Source: Octopus sinensis (taxonomy: Eukaryota). From it: a stretch of DNA of 64,000 nt. The notes beneath the pieces were generated by a model. It saw only the letters and a list, made by a program, of their open reading frames with translations. It made no database searches and was not told where the DNA came from. Positions within the stretch are counted from its first letter, which is position 1; each line of letters begins with the position of its first letter. Shown one piece after another: positions 10,704-22,400 of this stretch. The stretch lies in NCBI RefSeq assembly GCF_006345805.1, contig NC_043019.1, positions 28,209,360 through 28,273,359 on the forward strand, written 5' to 3'. The translations under genes and the position numbers were made by a program.

Positions 10704-11215
10704 TCTATATATATAAAACTGTAGTTGTGTGAGTGTCTGTCCCCTTCGATTTAGATTCCTAACTACTCCCACATTTTGCGGTGCAGTTTAACCAAATTCG
10801 GGTATCTTATAGTCGTGATTCATATCGAGCCCGTCTGAGTATTAGCGCGCGTCTACGATGAGTCTACGATTTTAAAAATAATTTAACATCATTTTTTATT
10901 CCATTTTAATGCATAATTTTTCGTGTGTCGATGGCGGCGGAGTTGGCGTCCATGGTCACACCTGCACCTGTTTGCTTCTCCCCCTTCTTCCCTCCCTCGT
11001 GAAGCTGTGGGGAAGGGAGTGTAAGGAAATCAACGTCGTAAAGCGTTGTCAAGGAGACCAGCGTTCTTTTAGAACAACGACTTCACGGCTTGAAGACACC
11101 AAAACAGAAATGGCTAAGAAAGCCCGAATTGGCATCTATAAGGGAAGTAACTCTCTAAAAATGCTTATATAGTTATTTCCCTTACAAACCTAGCAACGCC
11201 GGGCGATACTGCTAG
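10704..11215 (+). mobile_element. Complete non-autonomous Helitron (about 510 bp)
   Basis: 5' TC(TATATATATAAAAC) after an A; 3' GCAACGCCGGGCGATACTG-CTAG before a T; A^T insertion without TSD and a small GC-rich subterminal hairpin. Confidence 0.85.
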
Positions 11216-11634
11216 TAAGAATATAAAATGCAAAGTCAACCTCCATTTGAACTCAGAACCACTTCCCACAACCATCATTTGATAAGCGGTAAACGACCAC
11301 TTGATAATAGCTTAGTTTCTTTCTATGAATTTGTCCATGGCTTAAAATTACTCCAAATTTGCACGCTTTAAAAGCGGTTAACTCTTTATTGATTTATGGT
11401 GAAAATGATGTCAACGAAAAAAAAAAAACAAGCAGCCACACAGCTATGATACCGTACTGGATACTAAACGAGTCAGTTTGTTTAGATATATCATGTGTAA
11501 GTAATTATAGGGAGAGTAGTTTTACTAACTAACTAGGAAGAAGAGGGCGGAAGGGAAAGAAAGAAAATGTGCATACGCACACACATACATATCGTGTGTG
11601 ATAAGCAATCATTTTCTTCTCTCATTCTCGACGT

Positions 11635-11669
11635 TATAAAAGTACTGAGTTGTTTGACAAGGTCTCATT
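11635..11669 (+). promoter_or_regulatory. Candidate TATA box (TATAAAA, 11635) and initiator (TCATT, 11665-11669) of the FABP-family gene
   Basis: TATA-to-Inr spacing about 32 nt, about 150 nt upstream of the ATG; an alternative TATAAG lies at 11731. Confidence 0.45.
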
Positions 11670-11818
11670 TATCCCGTAGATGCAACTTGCGAGAGTCAGT
11701 AGTAAAAGCTAAAACCATATTACCGCCGTCTATAAGCGACAGGCTGTGTTTAAAGTCAACTACAAATACCAGCTTCTCTTGGTCTTTCTCTCCCTCTGAT
11801 ACATCATATAACTAAACG

Positions 11819-11894
11819 ATGGAACAATTCCTTGGAAAATGGAAAGAAGTCAAAGAAGGCGCGGAATCTCACCGTCGATTTTTAGAAAAAATAG
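11819..11894 (+). CDS. FABP/iLBP-family lipid-binding protein, coding exon 1 (MEQFLGKWKEVKEGAESHRRFLEKI-G)
   Basis: ATG at 11819; FLGKWK matches the FABP strand-A GxW motif; ends at a GT donor (11895) in phase 1, the conserved position of FABP intron 1. Too short for the ORF track. Confidence 0.88.
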
Positions 11895-12124
11895 GTATTA
11901 TACTATTTTTGTTGATTTTTATTTTTGCATAAATGAATTGCGTATCTCTGAAATGTCGTTCTCTGTGAATGTGTGTGTGTGTGTGAGCATCAGTATCGGC
12001 CGTTGTTGCATAAGATCACAAGTTGTCAGTTGTAGTGACGCTATACAACAGCGCGCGCGCGCACATCTCTTCCGACCACTAATTGCCCTTTTTCAAAGTC
12101 TGCTTACAACTTCAATGTCATAAT

Positions 12125-13330
12125 TACAGATATTGCCTCATAACTTCCACCAAAATGGATATTTTGTAACGAAATTTTCAACGCTTAGATCCTGTAGATT
12201 GAGTGTACGTAAAGATTTGTTGGAAAAAATTTGGTTAATGTTTACATCTAACCAAAATGGTAAATTTTTCCGAGGGGTTGGGGAGAGGATTTTCGGAAAA
12301 TTCACACGACCCGACATTTTCCCTCTCATACTTTTCAAGAAAATGGGTATTTTTTAATGAAATTTTATAGAAATACTGGCATAACTACAGATATATACTC
12401 CACTCTTACTTTATTGCCTCATAACTTTCAGAAAAATGGATACTTTTTAACGAAACTTTCAACAAATAATCGCTTACAATCTATAGATTGAGTATATGTA
12501 AAGATTTGTTGGAAAAGTTTTTCCGAGGGTTGGGAAGAGGAGTTTCGGAAAATTCTTTGTAGTCGTAATCCACACCGTTTGAAAGGTATTTGTATAAAAT
12601 TTCGTGGCTAATGCAGATTCGCACTTCACCTTGAAAAATGCATTTTTCTGAAAAACTTTAAACCAATCTTCCTGAAAGTTAAGAGTGGGAAAATGTCGGG
12701 TCGTGTGTATTTTCCGGAAAATCTCCCCCAACTCCTCCGAAAACTCTTTCAACAAATCTTTAAATACATTCAATTTAAGCGATTATTTGTTGAAAGTTTC
12801 GTTAAAAAGTATCCATTTTTCTGGAAGTTATGAGGCAAGAAGGTCGGCGGGCGGGTATACATCTGTAGTTATGCCACTTGAAGTCCAGGCCTGCATGGGT
12901 GCAGCACACGAGTGTGTCCCATTTGGAATGTTATCTCTCTTGTGAAAACGAAACCCCAAAAATTGCTTGTTGAAGAGCAAACACAAAAATTATTGGCTGA
13001 AGCTAACCAATAAAAACTCAAGGCGTAATTTTATCAGTCATATAAATTAAGCTACGTGATAAAAGTAATTTCAAGTGAGAACGAAATCTAGGGCATAAAG
13101 TTATGAGGGGGAAAATAACGGGTCGTGTGAATTTTCTAGAATCTTCTCCCCAACTCCTCGCAAAAATTTTTTGCAACAAATTTTTACATACATTCAGTCT
13201 ACAGGAAGTAAGCGATTATTTGTTGCAAATTTCGTTATAAAGTCAGGTGGGGTATACAGCTGTAATTATACCACTTCAACTTCGGGCCTGTATGGGTGTG
13301 TGCGCGTATTCTCTCTTTGGAATGTTCTCT
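12125..13330. repeat. Four copies of a 150-230-bp dispersed repeat in FABP intron 1, arranged ++--
   Basis: Copies at about 12125-12335 and 12415-12565 are reverse complements of copies at about 12680-12840 and 13100-13250. Confidence 0.75.
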
Positions 13331-13437
13331 ATGCTTCTACAGAACTTTAAATTACAGCCAGACTTGTAGCAGGATAATTTTGTATGAGTAATTACACACA
13401 GATTTTGGGCGAAGGTAAAGAATATGCACACAGGGTG

Positions 13438-13698
13438 TTTAGGGTTTAGGATTAGGGTTTAGGGTTAGGATTTAGGGTTTAGGGTTAGGATTTAGAGTTA
13501 GGGTTTAGGATTAGGGTTAGGATTTAGGGTTTAGGGCTTGGGTTTAGGGTTAGGGTTTAGGGTTAGGGTTAGGTTCTAGGGTTTAGGGTTAGGATTTAGA
13601 TTTTAGGGTTTAAGGTTAGGATTTAGAGTTAGGGTTTAAGGTTAGGGTTAGGATTTAGGGTTTAGGGCTTGGGTTTAGGGTTAGGGTTTAGGGTTAGG
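13438..13698 (+). repeat. Interstitial telomere-like array (TTTAGGG/TTAGGG/TTAGGA variants, about 40 units)
   Basis: Direct reading of the sequence. Confidence 0.95.
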
Positions 13699-14546
13699 AA
13701 AGGAACGCTGCAATGGGTGTGTGAATCTAAGACGGGAATATGTTGAATAAAATCGTAATTAACTGATCCCCTTTATTTTCTTTTACCCAAAACCAGGAAC
13801 TTTTTAGCACGCCCCCAAATATTAGTGGAGTAGTATGAGGAGAGATGGTGCAAGAGAGACAGAAATCTAAGGGAGATGGGGATAAATAGCCATCATGTGG
13901 AAAAGTGTTATATATATATGGATTCGTTTAGGGGAGAGAATAAACTTTTTTATGATAAAGAGAGCGCGAAGTGGCGAAAGGAGAGAAAGAGAGGGGTACA
14001 GAGAGACAAGTGTTGAAACTGAATTTAAACCTAAGTCAATTTTTTCGGCAGAGGTGGTAAAACTGAATTTAGACACACAGAATGAATAAAAAAAATAGAT
14101 AACTAAGTTATTTTTCAGTCAGAATGTACAAAAACCGTAACGACATAGATTTTTAAAGCAAGACTATTTGAAATAGGCGGACGACAATTTGTAGACAGAA
14201 GTAATTGCATGTCGCTTAAGGAGATGGAGAGAGCGAGGGGGAGAGGGAGGGAGAATGAGTGAAAGAAACAGACATACAACGAAAGAGAGGAACAATGACA
14301 GATAGTGAGAGTGGAGAAAAGGAAAGAGGAGAAATAAAGAAACAGTGAGAGAAAAGGGAGCGATTCGGATGAAAATTGTAGAAGTCAGAGGGAGAGGATC
14401 GGTCGAAAAATGAGATTGAAGACAAAGATATTGACGCACGACAAAATTGAAATACTGTGAATTGAATTTTTAGACAGATGTGGCGAAACTGAATTTAAAC
14501 ATTCTGGGTGAACGAAAATGGAAAAAAAAAAACTAAATTAATTTTC

Positions 14547-14955
14547 AGGCGCAGGAGTGGCTGTGTGGTAAGTAGCTTGCTAACCAACCACATGGTTTCG
14601 GGTTCAGTCCCACTGCGTGGCATCTTGGGCAAGTGTCTTCTGCTATAGCCCCGGGCCGACCAATGCCTTGTGAGTGGATTTGGTAGACGGAAACTGAAAG
14701 AAGCCTGTCGTATATATGTATATATATATGTGTGTTTGTTTGTGTGTCTGTGTTTGTTCCCCTAGCATTGCTTGACAACCGATGCTGTGTGTTTACGTCC
14801 CCGTCACTTAGCGGTTCGGCAAAAAAGAGACCGATAGAATAAGTACTGGCTTACAAAGAATAAGCCCCGGGGTCGAGTTGCTCGATTAAAGGCGGTGCTC
14901 CAGCATGGCCGCAGTCAAATGACTGAAACAAGTAAAAGAGAAAAAAAGAGAAAAA
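14547..14955 (+). mobile_element. SINE family A, full length
   Basis: Same consensus as 5463-5937. Confidence 0.9.
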
Positions 14956-15784
14956 ACGTAGTAAGACTTTAACAAAAGAGATTTTTATGCACGACTAATA
15001 AATAATAATAATAATGAAATTATTGTATACAGTGCTCAGGTGCACCACAACTTGTCAGAAAGTGCATATAAAGTACATGCAGGAATGTAGAAATGTCTGG
15101 AAAGCGAACAATGTATGAGTCAGATACATGCCTGTGTGTGTATGGAGGAGAGAAAATCAGGTGTAGTGTTGGCGAATCTCAGGAAGCATGGAAGTTTTGA
15201 AGGATGCAGTGCTCCGACAAGTAACAACTGATGCCGGCAGTTTGTTCCATGCTTCAGCAACTCTCAGCGTGAAAAAATGTTTCCTGAAATACACGGAAGC
15301 CAATGTGTAGACAGAAGTTATTGTATGTCAGTTAAAAAGAGAGAGAGAGAGGGGGGAGAGGATCGGATGAAAACTGCAGGAGTCAAAGGGAGAGAATCGG
15401 TTGAAAATTGCAGTCTTTAGAGAAAAATCCGTGTGGAATACGTTTTTGTCCCCCTTCCTCGCTTCACACCTGAGCTCTGGACAAAATGTTACGGTGCAAG
15501 ACAGAGATTTTTAACGCAAGAAAGTTACTTTCCAGTGAGAACGTAGAAAGTCCGTAACAAAAGAGATTTTCATGCACGACTAATAGAAATACACGGAAGC
15601 CAATGTGTAGAGAGAAGTTATTGTGTGTCAGTTAAAAATAGAGAGAGAGAGAGGGAGAGAGAAATAGAGACTTTAAGAGAGGAGCTATTACTGAGGAGCA
15701 GAGTGAGAAGAAGAAAGAGAAGAGATAAATAATTAGAGAGGGGAAGAATCCCTGAATCTCTGAGCCAGGGTCACGGCGAGGTGA

Positions 15785-15995
15785 AAGGGAGCTGGCAGAA
15801 ACGTTAGCACGTCGGGCGAAATGCTTTGCGGTATTTCGTCTGTCGTTACGTTCTGAGTTCAAATTCCGCTGAGGTCGACTTTGCCTTTCATCCTTTCGGG
15901 GTCGATTAAATAAGTACCAGTTACGCACTGAGGTCGATGTAATCGACTTAATCCGTTCGTCTGTCCTTGTTTGTCCCCTCTATGTTTAGCCCCTT
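15785..15995 (+). mobile_element. tRNA-derived SINE family B
   Basis: GAGCTGGCAGAAACGTTAGC...GAGTTCAAATTCC head and GAGGTCGACTTTGCCTTTCATCCTTTCGGGGTCGAT core; many copies (e.g. 19505-19720 -, 37995-38220 -, 52345-52550 -, 55768-56000 -). Confidence 0.9.
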
Positions 15996-17042
15996 GCTTG
16001 ATGAGAAGGGTGGTTTGGACCCCAGTACTTGTATTTTTTAAAACCTCATACTTATTCTGTTTGTCTCATTTGCTAAGCCACTGAGTTACAGGGACATAAA
16101 CAAACCAACATTGGTTGTAGAGTAGTGGTGGAAGATACACACACCACACATAGTTACATACATATAAAACCAGCTTCATTCAGTTTCCATCTACGAAATC
16201 CACTCACAAGGCTTTAGCTGGCCAAGGGCCATGATAGAAGACACTTGTCCAAGGTGTTACACAGTGGGACTGAACCCAGAACTATTTGCACTGAAGGGCA
16301 TCTTTTCAATGTAAAGATTTTTCAGGTCCTGTAGCTTGGCTATTTGTCCTTCAATGTCTGTGACAGAGCAATCAACCTTGAAATTGCTTGTGTGGGTTAA
16401 ATCTGCAAGTGTGGCTGTGTGGTGAGAAGTTTGCTTCCTAACCACAAGAGTTCCAGGTTTAGTACCAATATGTGGCCAACAGTAAGAATTTCTCTCCATG
16501 ACAAAAATACACTGTGAATGGCTTCCCTATGGTTTTGAATATTGCCTCAAGCAGATCTGAATTAGTAACAAGTTTGTATTTTATACACATCACTGGCTGA
16601 GCACTGTCACGCTGTATCTCATTGACAGCAAGCTGCTGAATAGCACTATCAGTCACAGAACGATGACGAGAATATCATAAGAGGGACCTGTCCCTCATGT
16701 CAGTTCACAGCATTTCCCTTTCCAGTCTCCATGGCTGGAAAGGAGATAACCACTCCAAAATGTATGCTACTGCAGTCTGGTTAGGTGACACTGTCAGCTG
16801 TACTTGCCGACAGAGAGAAATTTTCTCCATCACAAAATACACTGTGAACTGACTTGATGTATTTATATCCATTTGCCTACAGTGAGAATTTTTCTCCATG
16901 ACAAAATTGTACTTCCAAAATTGTACTTCTAAGTTCATTTATCAGCTTCTTAATCTATTTATCTTTTTGTCCCTTTTTTTTCTTTCACTTTTTATTAATT
17001 TCATTGCTTTTCCTTTACATGAAATTTTGTCATGTTTTACAG

Positions 17043-17224
17043 GGGTTCCAGAAGAAATAGCAGATAAAATTATAAAATATACAGCAGTTTATGAAACAGT
17101 AAAAGATGGTGATCTGATTAAAATGGTTTCAAGTTACTTGGAAGATCCCAATTTAAATAAGACGTATAATTTTAAGCTGAATGAAACTTTCACTGATACA
17201 GATAACTTTGGACAAAAATTTACT
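17043..17224 (+). CDS. FABP/iLBP-family protein, coding exon 2 (GVPEEIADK...FKLNETFTDTDNFGQKFT)
   Basis: Acceptor ttttacAG at 17041-17042, phase 1 matching exon 1; FKLNETFTDTD-xx-G resembles the FABP F-x-LGEEF-x-E-xx-DG motif; GTGAGT donor at 17225, phase 0. Confidence 0.9.
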
Positions 17225-17379
17225 GTGAGTTAATTTCTTAATTTTTTGGGGACCTTATATTATTTTCTTCCTTTTTATTTATTCCTCTCATGCACACGAA
17301 TGTAAACTTCCTTATAAAACAACTGCAGGAGAATTACTTAGCTGAGAGGAAACCATTTTAATGACCCCTGAGGAAACTA

Positions 17380-17660
17380 TGTGTGGATGAATGGATTGTG
17401 AGGGCTGTACAAGCTATGTACAAATATGCAGTAAATAAAGTGAGACTCACTAACAAATTCAGTGATGGATTTATCATGAAGGTAGGTGTCCATCAAGACC
17501 GAGTCATCTATTCATCAGTCATAGAGGCCATTACAGAGGGGTTTAAAACTGGCTGTCCATGGGAATTCTTGTAGTTCTCATAGCTAAATCTATAGTGGAA
17601 TTAGAGAGAAAATTCCTGGCATGGAAACTAAACCTGAACTCAAAAGTCTTCAAGGTAGGT
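17380..17660 (+). mobile_element. RTE LINE reverse-transcriptase remnant in FABP intron 2
   Basis: DEWIVRAVQAMY...KVGVHQ...TGCPWEFL is homologous to the RTE copy at 23095-25200. Confidence 0.8.
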
Positions 17661-18594
17661 GAGGTACATGGTTACCTAGCCAGAGAGAGAGAGAGAGAGA
17701 AAGAGGAAGAGAGAGAGAGAGAAAGGAAAGGATTGATCAAGAAAGAAGACAGAAACAGCTGTGCTGCTATAAAGGAGATATATGGCTACCCAGCCTGAGT
17801 GAAGAGCAAGAGAAAGAGAAAAAGAGAGAGAGAGAGAGAGACAGTTGGAGGCAGCAAGATTGCAAGAGAGAGTAGGAGAGAGATGGCGGCAAAGTGCTAG
17901 GGTATACTCACAAGGAACAGGAATCAGAATATAAATGGGATGGTAGAATAAATGAAGAGAGAGATAAATAGTGGGCAAGTGTCAGGGCATAGCCTCATGG
18001 TACAGAGGTCATAATATAAGTGACAGGGTATTGCCAAAGAAGCTTAAGGGCTGGCCCTTCACCTGTTTCCTCCTCAAGCCATCCTACCACCCATTATTTC
18101 TCTATCACTGATCCCCCACCTCCATTACCAGCCTAACTGCAGTATTCTGCTGTTGTGATTAAATGTGAGCTGAACTGCATACTTCACAAACTTTCCACTG
18201 ACATTACTTACCATATATCACTACCTCAAATACTTTCACTTGATATGCCGTCCTTCATTCTTAATATTGTCTTTCTCTACACACACACAATTTCTTTCTG
18301 AAGGTGATTGCTTGGTGGAATTGTAGGATGCCATTCAAAATGCTTTGTTGCAGTTCTTTTGACTCTTTACATTCTAAGTTCAAATTCCACCGATGTCAAC
18401 TTTTCCTTTTGTCCCTTTAGAACGAATAAAATAACATACCAGTCAGACACTGGGGCCAACGGTATCTGCCACTAATTTCAGGTTTTGTACTTCTGTGTGA
18501 AGCTATTAGTTACCATTTCCATTTTTTCCCTCCTATTTCCCTACAGAAAGTATTGTTTCTTCAATTATTAATATTCTGTCACTGTATTTTCTAG

Positions 18595-18702
18595 GTGTTT
18601 TGTGAAATTAAAAATGGCAAATGGTACGATAAATGTAGTGGTTACTATAATGACGCAACGATTGAGAGTGTCCAAGAAGTTGTTGGAGATACATTGATAG
18701 TG
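18595..18702 (+). CDS. FABP/iLBP-family protein, coding exon 3 (VFCEIKNGKW...QEVVGDTLIV)
   Basis: Acceptor ttttctAG at 18593-18594, 108 nt open frame, GTGAGT donor at 18703; EVVGDTLIV matches the FABP RE-x-x-GD-x-L-x-x strand pattern. Confidence 0.9.
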
Positions 18703-19035
18703 GTGAGTATTTTTACCTCTTTTCTAGTATTTGTTTCACTGGACTGTGGCCATGTTGGGGCTATGTCTGGAAAGGTTTCATTTGAATAAATCAACCCCAA
18801 TGTTTTCTTTTAGCATTTAAACCAGTCATATCCAGCCCAAATATTCTATTTGTTTTATGTTCACATAATAAAGTAGCACCATTTTTTGTTAGGCATGCCA
18901 TTCAGAAAATCCCATGGGTTCCAGGTTGCCCATGACTGGTTTTGACAAAGAGGTAAACAATCTAACAGCAAAGTCTGCCAATCATAAGTTTTTGAATTGA
19001 GTTTAAAGTTATAGGATTTCAGTTTTAATTTCGGC

Positions 19036-19372
19036 CAGTGGTTCTCAGCCAGGGTCCATATGGCCCCTGAGTGTTCAAATAAGATTTTTGGGGATTCATA
19101 TAACAGAATAGTAAATTGGGGGTCCACAATAATATTTCATGGGTCGCTGAAAATGTTTTGTTTTTGATGTTTGTGTTGGTATGTATTGCCATGTTTCTTT
19201 CTTGAATGTTTTACATTCAACATTCACAAGCTATTGTATAAAAAATGAAATAGGAATGTTAAAAGAAGTTACTTTAAAACTAGTTTTTAAACCTCAAATG
19301 ACTATGGGTTTCACCTGAATAAAATAGTGCTCAAAGGGGTTCATAGATAAAAAAAATGGTTGAGTACTTCTG
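19036..19372. mobile_element. Old hAT-type MITE in FABP intron 3
   Basis: Degenerate TIRs CAGTGGTTCTCA / TGAGTACTTCTG. Confidence 0.55.
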
Positions 19373-20097
19373 ATTTAGGCCATTAGCCTTTTTAAGGTTG
19401 ATATTCATGTTCTGTGATTGATATGTCTTTTGATTTTGTCTTTTGATTGTTGAAGAAATCATTTTTGAGTTTGAAGACAGTGAACATGAATAATCCTTTC
19501 TATTTCTTTACTACCCACAAGGGGCTAAACACAGAGAGAACAAACAAACGGATTAAGTCGATTATATCGACTCCAGTGCGTAACTGGTACTTATTTAATC
19601 GACCCTGAAAGGATGAAAGGCAAAGTCAACCTCGGCGGGATTTGAACTCAGAACGTAGCGGCAGACAAAATACTGCTAAGCATTTCACCCGGCGTGCTAA
19701 CGTTTCTGCTAGCTTGCTGCATTCTAATCCTTTTGCCTTGAAACTGGATATGTCTACTTGTTTTATGTCCAAACTGTTAAGATCTGGCTTCTCACATCTG
19801 CCCTAGAAAGTCATTCTAAAGATAAAGCAATCATTTCAGTGAAATCTTGAAACTATGAGATAATGCACGACTATTCAAAAGAACATGAATATATATAAGC
19901 ATTACATTTGAAAGATTAATCTGAATAAGGTTAAATAATGGGTACGAAAATTACATACAAATGTAGCAATCTAACATCTATTCTCAGTTTAGACTGTTTT
20001 ACTTCTGTGGTTTTGCTTGGGAGTTTAATGAAATAAGCAGGATCTTAAATTTCCATGTTCTTTTAATTAATGATCGTGTTTTTATGTAAAAAAAAAA

Positions 20098-20507
20098 AGT
20101 GCAGGAGTGGCTGTGTGGTAAGTAGCTTGCTTACCAACCACATGGTTCCGGGTTCAGTCCCACTGCATGGCATCTTGGGCAAGTGTCTTCTGCTATAGCC
20201 CCAGGCCGACCAATGCCTTGTGAGTGGATTTGGTAGACGGAAACTGAAAGAAGCCTGTCGTATATATGTATATATATATGTGTGTGTGTGTGTGTTTGTG
20301 TGTCTGTGTTTGTCCCCATAGCATTGCTTGACAACCGATGCTGGTGTGTTTATGTCCCTGTCACTTAGCGGTTCGGCAAAAGAGACCAATAGAATAAGTA
20401 CTGGGCTTACAAAGAATAAGTCCCGGGGTCGACTTGCTCAACTAAAGGCGGTGCTCCAGCATGGCCGCAGTCAAATGACTGAAACAAGTAAAAGAGAGTA
20501 AAAGAGT
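20098..20507 (+). mobile_element. SINE family A, about 100 bp upstream of FABP exon 4
   Basis: Consensus match. Confidence 0.9.
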
Positions 20508-20608
20508 ATATATTTGTGTATGTGTGTGCGTGCACGCGTAAAATTTTGTATATGAAATATGTAAAAGAAAATAGATGTATTCCAATTTTAATTTTCTTCT
20601 ATTTACAG

Positions 20609-20665
20609 AAAACAACTTGTGATGGAACATCAATGGTAACAAAATTCAAAAAGCAATCAGAATGA
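20609..20665 (+). CDS. FABP/iLBP-family protein, coding exon 4 (KTTCDGTSMVTKFKKQSE*)
   Basis: Pyrimidine tract plus tttacAG ending at 20608; short terminal exon with stop TGA at 20663-20665; completes a 140-aa protein with the canonical 4-exon, phase 1/0/0 FABP structure. Confidence 0.85.
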   Translation, partial: KTTCDGTSMVTKFKKQSE

Positions 20666-22029
20666 ACAAGAAAATGAAGTTGGAAAACATGCACTTGTGA
20701 ACATCAACATAATGATAATAATAATAATAATATAATAATAATAATAAAAATAATAATAATAATAATTAATAATAATAATAATAATAGGTATTTTTAACTA
20801 GCGGATTGTGAAAATTAACCCAAATATTTTGCTGATACATATTGTAATAATCCAGAAAACTGGAAGACAAAATCAGATTTGGCTGGATTTAAATTGGAAA
20901 GAGAGAATAATGGAATTAAATACTGTAAAACCATTTTGTTTGCTGTTCTGTAACAATTTTAATATTCTGTAACAATTTTAATATTAGCATCAAGTCTTCT
21001 TAAATAAAAAAAACAAACAATTAAATGGTTAATTATATGGACTTTTCTTTATTTTCTTTATATTATTTTAACTTTTCTTCTTGTTTGCTGACTAGAATGG
21101 TATTTATAAATTTCTTTTATTTTAATTGTTAATGGATAGAAGTTCTCTTACTCATTAAACTCTTCCGTGTTCCTATCCATCCCAGTCTATGTAAACATTG
21201 TACAGGATCTCCCATCCCAAAATCACTGATTCTTCCAACTACCAAACCTCTGTCACCTTCACTTATAACATCCTATTAATACAATAGAGATGGTCATGAA
21301 CAACTTTCTCCTTCAATATTTTATATAACATAAAGAGACAATTGTAGCTGTTGTTTAACCCCAGGAAACATAGTTACCAACTGGCTATATGACACAATAT
21401 CTGTCCCCTTGTATTTTCGAATGAGTCCAGCTCCCCCATTTGAAAATATAAAGACAGATATTGTGTCATATAGCCAACTGGAAGCAATGTTTCTTGGGTT
21501 TAAATAATAGTAACAATCGTCCCTTCAAGGACAGCCACATTATGTTGGCAAATAGTCTTCACTTTAAAGGACTGTTACTGAATATCTCTCTTTGAGAGAT
21601 TTAGAAATAATAATGTTTCTATTTATCTTATATACTTTTCTAATCTAGGCCTGAAATTTTGGAGAAGGCGACTAGTTGATTAGCCCCCCCCCCCTCCAGT
21701 ACGCAACTGGTACTTAATTTATGACCTCGGCCGAATTCAAACTCAGAACATAAAGTCAGACGAAATACCTATTTCTTTACTGACCACAAGGGGCTACACA
21801 CAGAGGGGACAAACAAGGACAGACAAACGGATTAAGACGATTATATTGACCCCAGTGCGTAACTGGTACTTACTTAATCGACCCTAAAAGGACGAAATAC
21901 TGCTAAGCATTTTGCCCGGTGTGCTAACGTTTCTGCCAGCTCGCTGCCTCTTCTATTTATCTTATATAACCTCTCTCTCTCTTTGTCAGTCTTCAGTTTC
22001 CATTAGCATCCAATCTACCAAAGACTTTC

Positions 22030-22400
22030 TCCTCTACATCATACTGCAGTGGTTTCTGTCAAGTAGGATGGAATTGCAGACTGGTTCAGGTGCTTGGGCC
22101 TTGCATGAAAAAATCTCTTCCTGAACTCCCTCAAAACCTCCACAAAGTACTCTTTGTTGACTGTCACGCCTGAGGGAACCCAGTGGATCGTTAACTTCCC
22201 AGTAAACTTACACAGCCTGGTCTCTTGTACCACTGAAAGACAGATGCTCATACTCATAGAAGCTAATCCATAGGCAGTTTGGAGCATTTCATAAGTTTCT
22301 GTGGCATTTTCGCCCAGTTTAACACAAAACTTTTTTTCCATTATGAGCTTCCATATTGTCTTCACATTCTGAAGACTGCATTCTGAAACTCAAATTATTC
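22030..22400 (-). mobile_element. Internally deleted mariner transposase remnant
   Basis: KFCVKLGENATETYEMLQTAYG (HTH) fused to HWVPSGVTVNKEYFVEVLREFRKR (DDD domain), typical of mariner. Confidence 0.85.

Noticed and set aside
11839-12123. ORF-track 94-aa ORF MERSQRRR...
   Set aside because: It is out of frame with the real FABP exon 1 (11819-11894) and runs through the splice donor into the intron.
20063-20389. Recurrent 60-110-aa ORFs (e.g. MVSFAEPLS..., MRNWYLFNRP..., MSSNARGTN...)
   Set aside because: They are chance reading frames in SINE consensus sequences and recur wherever the SINE does.
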